Shown: positions 29,154 through 38,222 of the stretch, in pieces
Position numbering within the stretch: the stretch's first letter is position 1
Layout: the number at the start of each line of letters is the position of its first letter
Assembly: GCA_964616545.1 (NCBI GenBank)
Contig: CAZTUA010000012.1
Span: forward strand, 18,185-82,184
Source of the DNA: an uncultured Actinomycetota bacterium
Lineage (GTDB): Bacteria > Actinomycetota > Humimicrobiia > Humimicrobiales > Humimicrobiaceae
DNA length: 64,000 nucleotides
Direction of reading: 5' to 3'
Program-made: the position numbers and the translations under genes
The notes under the pieces: generated by a model
Told to the model about the DNA's origin: nothing
What the model saw: only the letters and a program-made list of their open reading frames with translations
Databases searched by the model: none

Positions 29154-29164
29154 GGGTTAATTGA

Positions 29165-29560
29165 ATGCCTTTTAATAACAGGAGCAATTTAAATATAATG
29201 GTTACGGGGTTTGGCTGCTGTAAACAGGAAATATTTGCGGCACAGGGAGCACTTTATGATATCCAGAGGTTTGGTATAAATTTTGTCAGTACACCTGAAG
29301 ATGCTGACCTGCTGGTCGTTCAGGGCTTCTATAATAAAGAGGGTATAATCAGGGTTATAAATATTTATGAAAAGATGAACCACCCAAAAGGAATAATTGC
29401 AGTAGGAAGCTGTGTTTTAAACCGGAACTTACTTGATCCAAAAAGTGAATTAATGGACAGATTCAGAGACAGCGTAAAAATAATCATGCATGTACCGGGA
29501 TGTCCGCCACGGCCCGAAGCATTTATGTATGCAGTGTTAAGAATTCTAAATGAAAATTAA
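29165..29560 (+). CDS. nuoB: NuoB-like Fe-S (N2) subunit
   Basis: GCC tandem Cys, DIQRFG, ADLLVVQG, AVGSC, VPGCPPRPEA. Confidence 0.88.
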   Translation: MPFNNRSNLNIMVTGFGCCKQEIFAAQGALYDIQRFGINFVSTPEDADLLVVQGFYNKEGIIRVINIYEKMNHPKGIIAVGSCVLNRNLLDPKSELMDRFRDSVKIIMHVPGCPPRPEAFMYAVLRILNEN

Positions 29561-29605
29561 AGGCAGCATAATAGGAACAAAAATGAAATTTAAATATTAA
29601 TAAAA

Positions 29606-31105
29606 ATGATTGATGATATTTATAATAAAATCTATCCTTCATCCAGGTCTGTATATGGGGAAGAAATAGAAAGGAACCTGGAGTATATTCTGAGGGATGA
29701 GATAAAAAAAATTTCCCGAATAGGCTTCGATTTACTGGTAGAGATATCGCCGGAGAGACTTTATACGGTTATAGAGAAGCTGAAAGAAAACTCACAGCTT
29801 GAGATAAATAATTTTCATGGAATTAATACTTATAAAAATGAAAAAGGACGTTTTTTGCTGATTAACCTGAAATCAGCTACGGGCGATATATCTGTTCTGT
29901 TAAAAATGGAAGTGTCGGATGAAGAGCCGGGAAAAAACTATAAAGAATCCATAGACATCTTAAAAAAATTTTATAAGGCTTCAGCTTTTTATGGACCTGT
30001 GGAGAAAATAGCCACCGGTAATTACAATATCAGAATTACACCCGGGATCCTTGACGGCCTGGACTGTTTTGACCTGAATATTTATGCGGAAGAGGATGAA
30101 GTTAAAGATGCCCATATTAATACAGGTATAAGCAGGATTGCGGATGATGAATTTTATAAGGATATGAGCATTCATAATCTTATAGCTTATATAAGCAGAT
30201 TTGACTGGAAGGCCGGCGTGTTTCCTGAAGTCTGCCTTTGCAGTGCCTTTGAAAAATTACTGCAATTGAAGTTGCCCGGGAAAGCTCAGTACACAAGGAT
30301 GCTCCTCTGCGAATTATATAGAGTATCTAACCATATTTATTTTATTTCAAATATATGCAATATTCTACAGTATGATATTGCATATAATCTCTGCCTTCTG
30401 GAGAGAGAAAAGATTCTAAGAATTATAGAAACAATTACAGGCTCCAGAGTTGCCCCTAATTTTATAAGAATAGGTGGAGTGCGCAGGGATATAGAAGGAG
30501 AGGTAATATCAGGAATAAGGAAAAAACTTCCGCTTATATTTAAAAATATAAACAGGATAGAAAAAATAATGATGAATGACCCCCTTGTAATCGAGAGACT
30601 GAAGGATACAGGAACAGTACCTAAAGAAATTGCTCTGGAGTATGGAGTAACCGGGCCCAATCTCAGGGCTTCTGGAATCAGGTATGACCTGCGGAAAGAT
30701 AAAGACTTTATTTCATATAAAGACCTGTCATTTCTTGTACCTGTGGGAAGAGTGGGAGATTGCCTGGACAGGGTTCTTGTCAGGTTTATTGAAATTTTCC
30801 AGTCTCTTAAATTAATAAACCAGATTACCAGTAACTTTCCGCGGGGAGCACATATAAAAAAAATAAACCTGTCTAATCTGGAGTTCCGGCCGGAAATAAT
30901 TTCTCAGGATATTGAATGCCCGCATGGAATTTTTAAAATTTACATGGAAGTGGGCAAAAGAAACATAGAGTCGCTTGTGATAAAAGGTCCGTCTATAAGC
31001 AGTCTTATCCTTGGAGAAGAAATAATTAAAGGCAGCAGCATAGAAGATGTTGAATTGATTTTAATGAGCCTTGATATAAGCCCGGGAGAAATAATAAGTA
31101 CATAA
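29606..31105 (+). CDS. NuoC/NuoD-like fusion (diverged, no NiFe motifs)
   Basis: ELYRVSNH, ITGSR...IRIGGV, YGVTGPNLRASG..YDLRK, GDCLDR, SLDISPGE; short NuoC-like N-terminus. Confidence 0.85.
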   Translation: MIDDIYNKIYPSSRSVYGEEIERNLEYILRDEIKKISRIGFDLLVEISPERLYTVIEKLKENSQLEINNFHGINTYKNEKGRFLLINLKSATGDISVLLKMEVSDEEPGKNYKESIDILKKFYKASAFYGPVEKIATGNYNIRITPGILDGLDCFDLNIYAEEDEVKDAHINTGISRIADDEFYKDMSIHNLIAYISRFDWKAGVFPEVCLCSAFEKLLQLKLPGKAQYTRMLLCELYRVSNHIYFISNICNILQYDIAYNLCLLEREKILRIIETITGSRVAPNFIRIGGVRRDIEGEVISGIRKKLPLIFKNINRIEKIMMNDPLVIERLKDTGTVPKEIALEYGVTGPNLRASGIRYDLRKDKDFISYKDLSFLVPVGRVGDCLDRVLVRFIEIFQSLKLINQITSNFPRGAHIKKINLSNLEFRPEIISQDIECPHGIFKIYMEVGKRNIESLVIKGPSISSLILGEEIIKGSSIEDVELILMSLDISPGEIIST

Positions 31106-31115
31106 AAGGATACCA

Positions 31116-32051
31116 GTGTTAATTATATTAAGAAAAATTATTTATATTTTAATAATATTAGCCCTGAATTTGTATTTGTACGAGTATATAAGCAACAAAT
31201 TCACTGCCCGGATGGAGCTGAGAAGGGGCTACAGGGTAACAAGAGCAGCAGGTATAGGATTTCCGATGATTAGATTTTTTAAATTCATTTCTACTGACAG
31301 CAAAATCACCGCATGGACGTTTTTTATCTTTTTGCTTTCTTTTCTTATGTGGAGTACTGTTCCGCTGACTCCGAACCTGATTCTGGTTGAAAGCGATAGC
31401 AGCCTTTTAATTGCAGTTTCTTTGTATATAGGGCTTACAAGTGTATTGATTTTTAATTCAGCGGGGTCTTCTTACAGGATAATCTTCAGTGAAACAGTTA
31501 AAAAATTGATGATTATATTATCCTTTATGGTTCCCTTATTGCTGGGTATTGTAAGTATTGTTCTGGTAAATAAAACATTGAGCTTAAGGGAGATTGTAGA
31601 CTCCCAGTATAAATACTGGAACATAATATTGCAGCCGCTGGGGTTCTTTACGGTTTTTGCATCAACATTATTTCAATTGAAGCTTCTGGGCATGAGCAGG
31701 AAAAATTATATATCAACCGGAGCTTATACAGGCAGGGAAGGGAAAGGATTTGTTAAAGCAATTGAAAAACTTCCGGCTTATATGATTGTTTTTTTCTTAA
31801 TTATAATTATGAATATTCTTTATCTTGGAGGATGGCAGGACCTTTATATAATACGGGGCGAGATAATGCTTGCGGTAAAATTTTATTTTATCTTTTTTAT
31901 ATTATTATTGATGGATAAAATTATCTGCAGAATTGATAATTATAAAATGCTGGTAAAAATTAACTGGAAATTTTTAATTCCGGTTTCACTTGTAAATTTT
32001 ATAATAACACTCGGGTTTTTCGTGATGAGAGACATTTATAATTTAGTTTAA
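31116..32051 (+). CDS. NuoH-like membrane subunit (diverged)
   Basis: KFTARMELRRG, LSLREIVDSQ..WNIILQPLGF, YLGGW, WKFLIPVSLVN. Confidence 0.82.
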   Translation: MLIILRKIIYILIILALNLYLYEYISNKFTARMELRRGYRVTRAAGIGFPMIRFFKFISTDSKITAWTFFIFLLSFLMWSTVPLTPNLILVESDSSLLIAVSLYIGLTSVLIFNSAGSSYRIIFSETVKKLMIILSFMVPLLLGIVSIVLVNKTLSLREIVDSQYKYWNIILQPLGFFTVFASTLFQLKLLGMSRKNYISTGAYTGREGKGFVKAIEKLPAYMIVFFLIIIMNILYLGGWQDLYIIRGEIMLAVKFYFIFFILLLMDKIICRIDNYKMLVKINWKFLIPVSLVNFIITLGFFVMRDIYNLV

Positions 32052-32078
32052 ATTTTATTATCAGGGTATCTATTAAAA

Positions 32079-32501
32079 ATGTTAAGGATTATAAAAAACT
32101 TTTTTATTGTTCTGGGGAATATGTTCAGGAAACCCAGAACCGTCGTTTACCCAAAAGAAAAAATAATAATTCCTGAAGGAAGCAGAGGGGTAATACATTT
32201 AAAACTGGACCCCGACTCGCTGGATATTATTTGCAATGCATGCGGGCTCTGCAGTAAAATTTGTCCACAGAATTGCATAGAGGTTAAGAAGAGGGTGGAG
32301 AGAAGCGGCAAAGTAATTCTTGAAGATTTTATTCTGGATTTAAACAAATGTATTTTTTGCGGCAATTGTGTTGAATTTTGTGATTTTAATGCAATAGATA
32401 TGTCATACCAGTACCAGCTGGCAGACTTCAGGAGGAAAAATTTAAAATTGGGGAAAAATGAATTAATAAAACCATCAAGCACGATAAGAGATTTCTGGTA
32501 A
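32079..32501 (+). CDS. nuoI: NuoI-like 2x[4Fe-4S] subunit
   Basis: TVVYP, CNACGLCSKICP and CIFCGNCVEFC. Confidence 0.9.
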   Translation: MLRIIKNFFIVLGNMFRKPRTVVYPKEKIIIPEGSRGVIHLKLDPDSLDIICNACGLCSKICPQNCIEVKKRVERSGKVILEDFILDLNKCIFCGNCVEFCDFNAIDMSYQYQLADFRRKNLKLGKNELIKPSSTIRDFW

Positions 32502-32508
32502 AATAAAT

Positions 32509-33051
32509 ATGTCATACGGAAGTCAGTTGACAACAATAATAATACACTATACAGGCATTACAGGCTTGATGCTGTGCAGTCTGCTCTCCCTTTTTCTGGC
32601 CAATAAAAAAAAGAAAATGCTGTTTTTGTTCCTTTCATTTATATTCGGGGGAATACTGTATTTCGTAAATTACTCCGGTATCCTGGTTTTTATAATTGGG
32701 ATTATAATGATATTCTTTTTTATATTGCTATATTTGTTTGTTTTCCAGCTGGAGCTTTTCGGAAATGATATAGAGGCTGGAACCGATAATAAGCCAGATC
32801 AATCAAAAAAGAAGGAAATCATTACCATAATTACAGCCCTTTTATTTTGTTCGGCTATCGGGTATTTCCTATATGTATACACATCCAGATTTTTAAGAGA
32901 TGCAGCAATAAACGAGAGTATCCTGATTACCACTCTGAGTGATATTAGCAGTCAGTTATCTGTTGATTACAGCCTGGTTATAATAATTCTGGCTGCTTCA
33001 TTATTTATATCATCTATATGGTTAATTATTATTAAAATGGAGAAAAAATGA
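32509..33051 (+). CDS. NuoJ-like membrane subunit (diverged)
   Basis: Five TM segments, position between nuoI and nuoK, ILLYLFVFQL segment. Confidence 0.65.
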   Translation: MSYGSQLTTIIIHYTGITGLMLCSLLSLFLANKKKKMLFLFLSFIFGGILYFVNYSGILVFIIGIIMIFFFILLYLFVFQLELFGNDIEAGTDNKPDQSKKKEIITIITALLFCSAIGYFLYVYTSRFLRDAAINESILITTLSDISSQLSVDYSLVIIILAASLFISSIWLIIIKMEKK

Positions 33052-33395
33052 ATTTTCAGTTAATTATATATATTAATCTTTTATTTTTTTTAATGGGAAT
33101 TTTCGGACTCCTGTATAGCAGGAATATTATATCAGTATTTGTTTCCCTGCAATTTATTATAATTTCAGCCATCCTGAATTTTTTAAGTTTTTCAAGGTTT
33201 CTCTACCAGCGGTTGTTATGGGATAAGATATTTATAATTGTAGGAGTTACGGTTATATATTTTATAATGTTTTGCCTTATTTATTATATTTATTCAAAAA
33301 GGGATCTCCCGGACAGGAAAATTTTTTACAGAGACTTTAAAATATTCAGAATGACAGTAAGCGATTGGTGGGGCGAGGACAGGGATAATTTTTAA
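33048..33395 (+). CDS. NuoK-like membrane subunit (diverged)
   Basis: GIFGLLYSRNIISVFVSLQ...LNFLSFSRF; ATGA overlap with the upstream gene. Confidence 0.75.
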   Translation: MNFQLIIYINLLFFLMGIFGLLYSRNIISVFVSLQFIIISAILNFLSFSRFLYQRLLWDKIFIIVGVTVIYFIMFCLIYYIYSKRDLPDRKIFYRDFKIFRMTVSDWWGEDRDNF

Positions 33396-33396
33396 A

Positions 33397-34887
33397 ATGG
33401 ACTTTCTATTATATATTAATGAAAAAATAAACCCTTTTCAGAGCATAGCTATATTAGCAATTGCAATTCTTATTCTGTCATTTTTTGCGATTTCTAAAAG
33501 CAGAACCGTAAAAATATGTCTTATAACGATGGTTTCGCTTTTACTTGCGCTGGCCTTTTTCCTGAATATCTATGCTTATATTTCCCGCGGTAATTTTTCT
33601 AATTTCCTCCTGTTTTTTGGGAATGTCCAGATGGTAATGGCAGGTATCATGATATTCTGTGCATTGAATCTGTTATTTTTTATCTACATTTATCATAAAG
33701 ATAATGATAATTTTATTAAAATACTAATGATTTTTATATTTTCTGTTATCTGTGCTTTATTTGTAATTATAAGCAGAAATTTTCTTTTGATATTTACGAG
33801 TCTTTCTCTATTTATATTAACTGTATTCCAGCTGGTGTCGGCTTTTAATTCAAAGAATGATAAAACCGGTATATATGTACTTGAATATTTTCTGAGGCCG
33901 TTAATAACTATTATCTTATTTTTTTTCGCTTTTTCATTGCTTCTGGGCGCAACCGATTTCAAGGATTTCAACCAGATTTTACAGTCAGAATATATTACAA
34001 ACCCGCTGACTGTTTTGAGCCTGGTTGTTTTTGGAGTTGCTCTTTATCAGTATTTTTTCCTGTTCCCCTTTCAGGGTCCGTATATAAAAATGCTTAAAAG
34101 AAGCGACCCTGCAGCCAATGCAGCTGTATGGTTCTTATATTTCCCTGTCGGCATATTTATGTTTCTGAAACTGAGTAGCGTATATAATTATTTTACAGAA
34201 AAAAGCAATGCATACCTCTCAGTTTTTTTAATAATTATAACCTTCGTCTGCCTGGCTGCAGGAAATATCGGGGCAATTAAAACGAAAAGTGTGAGAAGAA
34301 TAATATCATTTTTATTTTTATTTTTTATTGGCTTCTTTTTACTCAATGTTTCAATGTTTTCTGCCGGAATTATAACCAGGTTTTTAATGGATTTATTTAA
34401 TTTTATAAATATCTTTCTGATATTGTTCAGTTTTATGCCTTTATACAGTATTTTTAGCACTATCGAAAAACAAACGGGGACTGATCATATAAGAGGAATA
34501 AAAGGGCTGGGAAGGATTAATAAATATGCAGGTGTAAACTTAATAATAATATTTATACCGTGGACTGTATTTATTTATCATATAGAACCTTTTATAAAAT
34601 ATTTTAATGCTGATTTTTTACAGATGGGAGCATTGAATATGGCTTTATTGATACTAATAATGGCTGCCCTGATATTTCTCTTATTGAATATAACCAGGAT
34701 TATTATACAGATTTTTAAAAAACCGGCAGCAGAGACTGTGCAAAAAGCAGTTCTTCCCAGGTTTTTATATATTTACATTACTTTTTATTCCTTTATTATA
34801 ATAGTTGCCGTAGTTCTGGGTATCCTTAGAATAATAAATATTGATGTACCTTTTACCGGTTTTATGATAGAAGAGTTTAATTTTTAA
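33397..34887 (+). CDS. NuoN-like antiporter-type subunit (diverged)
   Basis: 496 aa, about 14 TM segments, LLLGATDF, FPFQ, GNIGAIKTKSVRRIISF, IKGLGR. Confidence 0.78.
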   Translation: MDFLLYINEKINPFQSIAILAIAILILSFFAISKSRTVKICLITMVSLLLALAFFLNIYAYISRGNFSNFLLFFGNVQMVMAGIMIFCALNLLFFIYIYHKDNDNFIKILMIFIFSVICALFVIISRNFLLIFTSLSLFILTVFQLVSAFNSKNDKTGIYVLEYFLRPLITIILFFFAFSLLLGATDFKDFNQILQSEYITNPLTVLSLVVFGVALYQYFFLFPFQGPYIKMLKRSDPAANAAVWFLYFPVGIFMFLKLSSVYNYFTEKSNAYLSVFLIIITFVCLAAGNIGAIKTKSVRRIISFLFLFFIGFFLLNVSMFSAGIITRFLMDLFNFINIFLILFSFMPLYSIFSTIEKQTGTDHIRGIKGLGRINKYAGVNLIIIFIPWTVFIYHIEPFIKYFNADFLQMGALNMALLILIMAALIFLLLNITRIIIQIFKKPAAETVQKAVLPRFLYIYITFYSFIIIVAVVLGILRIINIDVPFTGFMIEEFNF

Positions 34888-34916
34888 AATATCTTCCTTT
34901 TTACTTCTTTATAACT

Positions 34917-35696
34917 TTGGAAAACTTAGAAGACAATAAAAAAAGATTTAATATCAAGCACTTCCTGATAATTATACTGGTCCTTATTATCATAATGGCA
35001 ATTGTTATAAGCATAAATGAATTTTCCTTTAAAAAAGAATACAGGCCTGCTACTGCGCTAGCGGAAGAGCTTCCGAGGTTCAGGCTGATTGATATGGATA
35101 ACACGGGTATCACCGGGGATATGGACAGAGACGGAATAAATGACCAGAAAGATATTTTACTGGGTGCCAGGAAGCAGCTTGAGAAACCTGCCAGAAATAT
35201 AATTCTGGAGGAAAATGAAACAAATTATTACCTGGGAGGGGACCCTCCCGAAGAGCTGGCCATAAGCACAGATATTATAGCCAGGGCTTTTATGGAAGCA
35301 GGTTTTGATTTAAGGGAGCTTTTGTATGAAGACTTAAAAGAGAACTTTGACCAGTATCCGGTAAAAAAAATATGGGGGCAGACTGTTTGCGACCCGGATA
35401 TAGATTACAGGAGAATCCAGAATCTGGAAGTCTTTTTTATGAGGAACGCAAAACACCTGGATATTATATTTAAGGATTCGGATATCAGCAATCTGGAAAA
35501 ATGGCTTCCGGGGGATGTTGTTTTTTTCGACATGAGCGGTGACGGATATACCGATAATGCCGGGATTGTTTCGGACAGCACAACAAGGGACGGCGTTCCC
35601 AGGGTAATTTATAACTATATTGATCCCGGGTATACGGTTGAGAGAGATATCCTGAGAGACGAAATCATAACGGGCCATTACAGGTTTCCGCGGTAA
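34917..35696 (+). CDS. DUF1287 (YijF-like) membrane-anchored protein
   Basis: N-terminal TM; YYLGGDPP...STDIIARA, DIDYRRIQNL..F, WLPGDVVFF, GHYRF. Confidence 0.75.
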   Translation: MENLEDNKKRFNIKHFLIIILVLIIIMAIVISINEFSFKKEYRPATALAEELPRFRLIDMDNTGITGDMDRDGINDQKDILLGARKQLEKPARNIILEENETNYYLGGDPPEELAISTDIIARAFMEAGFDLRELLYEDLKENFDQYPVKKIWGQTVCDPDIDYRRIQNLEVFFMRNAKHLDIIFKDSDISNLEKWLPGDVVFFDMSGDGYTDNAGIVSDSTTRDGVPRVIYNYIDPGYTVERDILRDEIITGHYRFPR

Positions 35697-35935
35697 ATTC
35701 AGCTGTCATTTATTTGTTCAATAAGAAAGCAGCGTATCCAGAAATCAGAATTACACAAGTCTATGGTTTATGCAATGCTGTCTGAAGATAATGCAGAATT
35801 AATTAATTCTATAAAAATATGAATAAATGTATTAAAATATCTGATTAACAGGAATACCAGGCGCTGGTTCTGACGATTATTTTAATTATTTATAGAAAAC
35901 TGGAAACTAAATTGTAATAAATATATAGAATAAAA

Positions 35936-36937
35936 ATGTCAAAAGAACTAAAAATAAGTCTTTACAAAAAGGCAATAATTATAATTATTGCCTTTTTAAT
36001 CTTAATCTCATCTCCGGTTATTTTACCAGGGAAAGTGCATGCTATAACCTTAAAAGAGCTTGGTAATTCAATCGCGCGGTTGAGCCAGGATGAAGAAAAT
36101 TTACTGGAAGAAATACTTGCCTCTGAAGCCGAAGTTGAAAATAAAAGGAACAAACTCCAGTCATTAAACGAGGAGTTTCAGATACTTGAGATAGAGCTTA
36201 ATAAGCTTAATGAAATCAGGGAAGAATTGATGGTAAGTATTGAGAGTAAAAAGGATGACCTCAGGGAAAAAATTATTTTTTCATACAAGTATGCAAATGA
36301 TGACATTGCAAATCTTATAATTACTGCCGGGAATTTGAATGAAGTTATAAACAATCTCTATATTTTTAAAAGTATCATGGAAAGCCAGGCGGACCTGATT
36401 GAGCAGCTACGTTTTGAAAAAGAAGAATATGACAGAATCTCCCGGAAATCTGAGGAAAAGAAGAAAGAAATTGAAGAGACCAGAGATATAATTGAGGAAG
36501 AGGAAAAGCTGCTTCTAAAGAGCATTGAGGAAAACAAAATTCTTCTTGAAAGGGTAAAAAGCGAAAAAGGGGAGATTCAGGGGCTCTTAAGCGAAATAAA
36601 AAAAAGAATAGCAATGGTTCAGCCCCCCGGGCTTACCCTGACGGGAGAATGGGATATGGTTGCTACGGCATACTATGCTCACGGAAAGGGCGGCAATGAT
36701 ATAAATGGCAACGGTATAACGGCGATAGGACTTAGAGCGAGAAAAGGAATAGTTGCCGTTGACCCCAGGGTTATTCCTCTGGGAACAAAACTTTATATAC
36801 CCGGTTATGGAGAAGCGCTGGCAGCAGATACCGGCGGGTGGATAAAGGGAAATAGGATTGACCTATGTTTTGAAACTCTGCCGGAATGTTACAGATATGG
36901 CAGAAGGAAGATAAAAATATATCTTGTTGAAAAATAA
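35936..36937 (+). CDS. Secreted coiled-coil + 3D-domain peptidoglycan-associated protein
   Basis: Signal peptide, long coiled coil, ATAY...VAVDPRVIPLGT...AADTGG.IKGNRIDL. Confidence 0.9.
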   Translation: MSKELKISLYKKAIIIIIAFLILISSPVILPGKVHAITLKELGNSIARLSQDEENLLEEILASEAEVENKRNKLQSLNEEFQILEIELNKLNEIREELMVSIESKKDDLREKIIFSYKYANDDIANLIITAGNLNEVINNLYIFKSIMESQADLIEQLRFEKEEYDRISRKSEEKKKEIEETRDIIEEEEKLLLKSIEENKILLERVKSEKGEIQGLLSEIKKRIAMVQPPGLTLTGEWDMVATAYYAHGKGGNDINGNGITAIGLRARKGIVAVDPRVIPLGTKLYIPGYGEALAADTGGWIKGNRIDLCFETLPECYRYGRRKIKIYLVEK

Positions 36938-36968
36938 CATCTGCAGATAACTGTGATACCTGCCGGGG

Positions 36969-37604
36969 TCAGACCATTTTTAAAAATTTAGAAAGAGATT
37001 CAAAATCATTTAAAAATTTTTCTTCACTTATGGCATTACTTACAGCAATATCCTGCGGGTCATAGAATGGAACCAGCTTGAAGGATGGATTTTCAAATAT
37101 CTTCATATGTAATTTTTTTATATCCCTGTATTTCTTTTCTACTGAAAAATATTTCTCAAGGATAATATTTGATGAATCAAGACCCATGGAAACAATTATA
37201 TGGGGTGTGATTATTGAAATTTCTTCGGTCAGGTATGTAATGCAATTGTTAATATGTTTTTTCAGGGGTTTTTTTTCAACTTTGGATGGTTTCTTACCTT
37301 CTTTTGATGATATTCCGGGTGAGCATTTGATAAGAGAAGTAATATAGGTATCCCTGACAAGAGATAATCCTGTTCTCTCAAATATTTTTATTATAAGCTC
37401 ACTCTGATTAAAAACTCCCGGGGAAGCCTTTTTGCCTCCAGGCTTATTCATAAGCGGAAAAGTGCTGACAATCATTATGTTAGCTTTGGACGCACCTTTA
37501 CCCGAAACGGGCCTGCTTCCGGCTTTTACCAGATCCAGGCACTTTTTACAGCTAATAACTTCCCTGTCTAGTTTATTTAAGCTCTCTCTGGCACTTATTG
37601 GCAT
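36969..37604 (-). CDS. Uracil-DNA glycosylase family 4/5-like Fe-S protein, catalytic motifs degenerate
   Basis: CKKC, IKCSP and NNC cysteines plus the UDG fold pattern; GEAPG reads STFP and HP reads DP. Confidence 0.75.
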   Translation of the reverse strand: MPISARESLNKLDREVISCKKCLDLVKAGSRPVSGKGASKANIMIVSTFPLMNKPGGKKASPGVFNQSELIIKIFERTGLSLVRDTYITSLIKCSPGISSKEGKKPSKVEKKPLKKHINNCITYLTEEISIITPHIIVSMGLDSSNIILEKYFSVEKKYRDIKKLHMKIFENPSFKLVPFYDPQDIAVSNAISEEKFLNDFESLSKFLKMV

Positions 37605-37732
37605 TTATAAATAAAAAATTTTTACTATAAAACCCGGTCATTAATTTTTAAATAAATTTCTAATTTATCAGTATTTTAAAAGTATACAACATAAAAAATT
37701 CTGAGTAAATAAAAATTAACCTGTTATCTGTT

Positions 37733-38200
37733 TTAAGATTTTATTTCTCTGAATAAGTTTGCCATTTCAATAGCACTCAGCGCTGCTTCCCAGCCTTTAT
37801 TACCTCTTCTTGTCCCCGCTCTTTCAATCGCCTGTTCCAGGCTGTCAGGCGTTATGACTCCAAAGGCAACCGGGATATTTACATCCAGACTGATTTTAGC
37901 AGCCCCCTTAATGGTTTCGCTGGCGATATAATGGTTATGCGAGGACTCTCCTTTAATAACTGCGCCCAGGCATATAATGGCATCATATTTTTTTGACTCG
38001 GCCATAATTTTTACTGCCGGAGGTATTTCAAATGCTCCCGGCACCCATGCTGTTTCTATATTGCCATCTTCACATCCGTGCCTTATAAGGCAGTCCAGAG
38101 CGCCATCCAGTAATTTTGATGATATAAAATCGTTATACCTGCTGATTACTATCCCGAATTTTAATTCTCCTGCATTAAGCTTGCCTTCATATTTTTTCAT
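37733..38200 (-). CDS. ribH: 6,7-dimethyl-8-ribityllumazine synthase
   Basis: [28 protein letters not shown]. Confidence 0.95.
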   Translation of the reverse strand: MKKYEGKLNAGELKFGIVISRYNDFISSKLLDGALDCLIRHGCEDGNIETAWVPGAFEIPPAVKIMAESKKYDAIICLGAVIKGESSHNHYIASETIKGAAKISLDVNIPVAFGVITPDSLEQAIERAGTRRGNKGWEAALSAIEMANLFREIKS

Positions 38201-38222
38201 GGTTCTTCCTTTCTACTCTCTT

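Noticed and set aside
29606-31105. Group 4 [NiFe]-hydrogenase large subunit (suggested by nickel genes nearby)
   Set aside because: No N- or C-terminal CxxC motifs, NuoB has tandem CC, and larC/larE serve the pincer cofactor rather than hydrogenase maturation.
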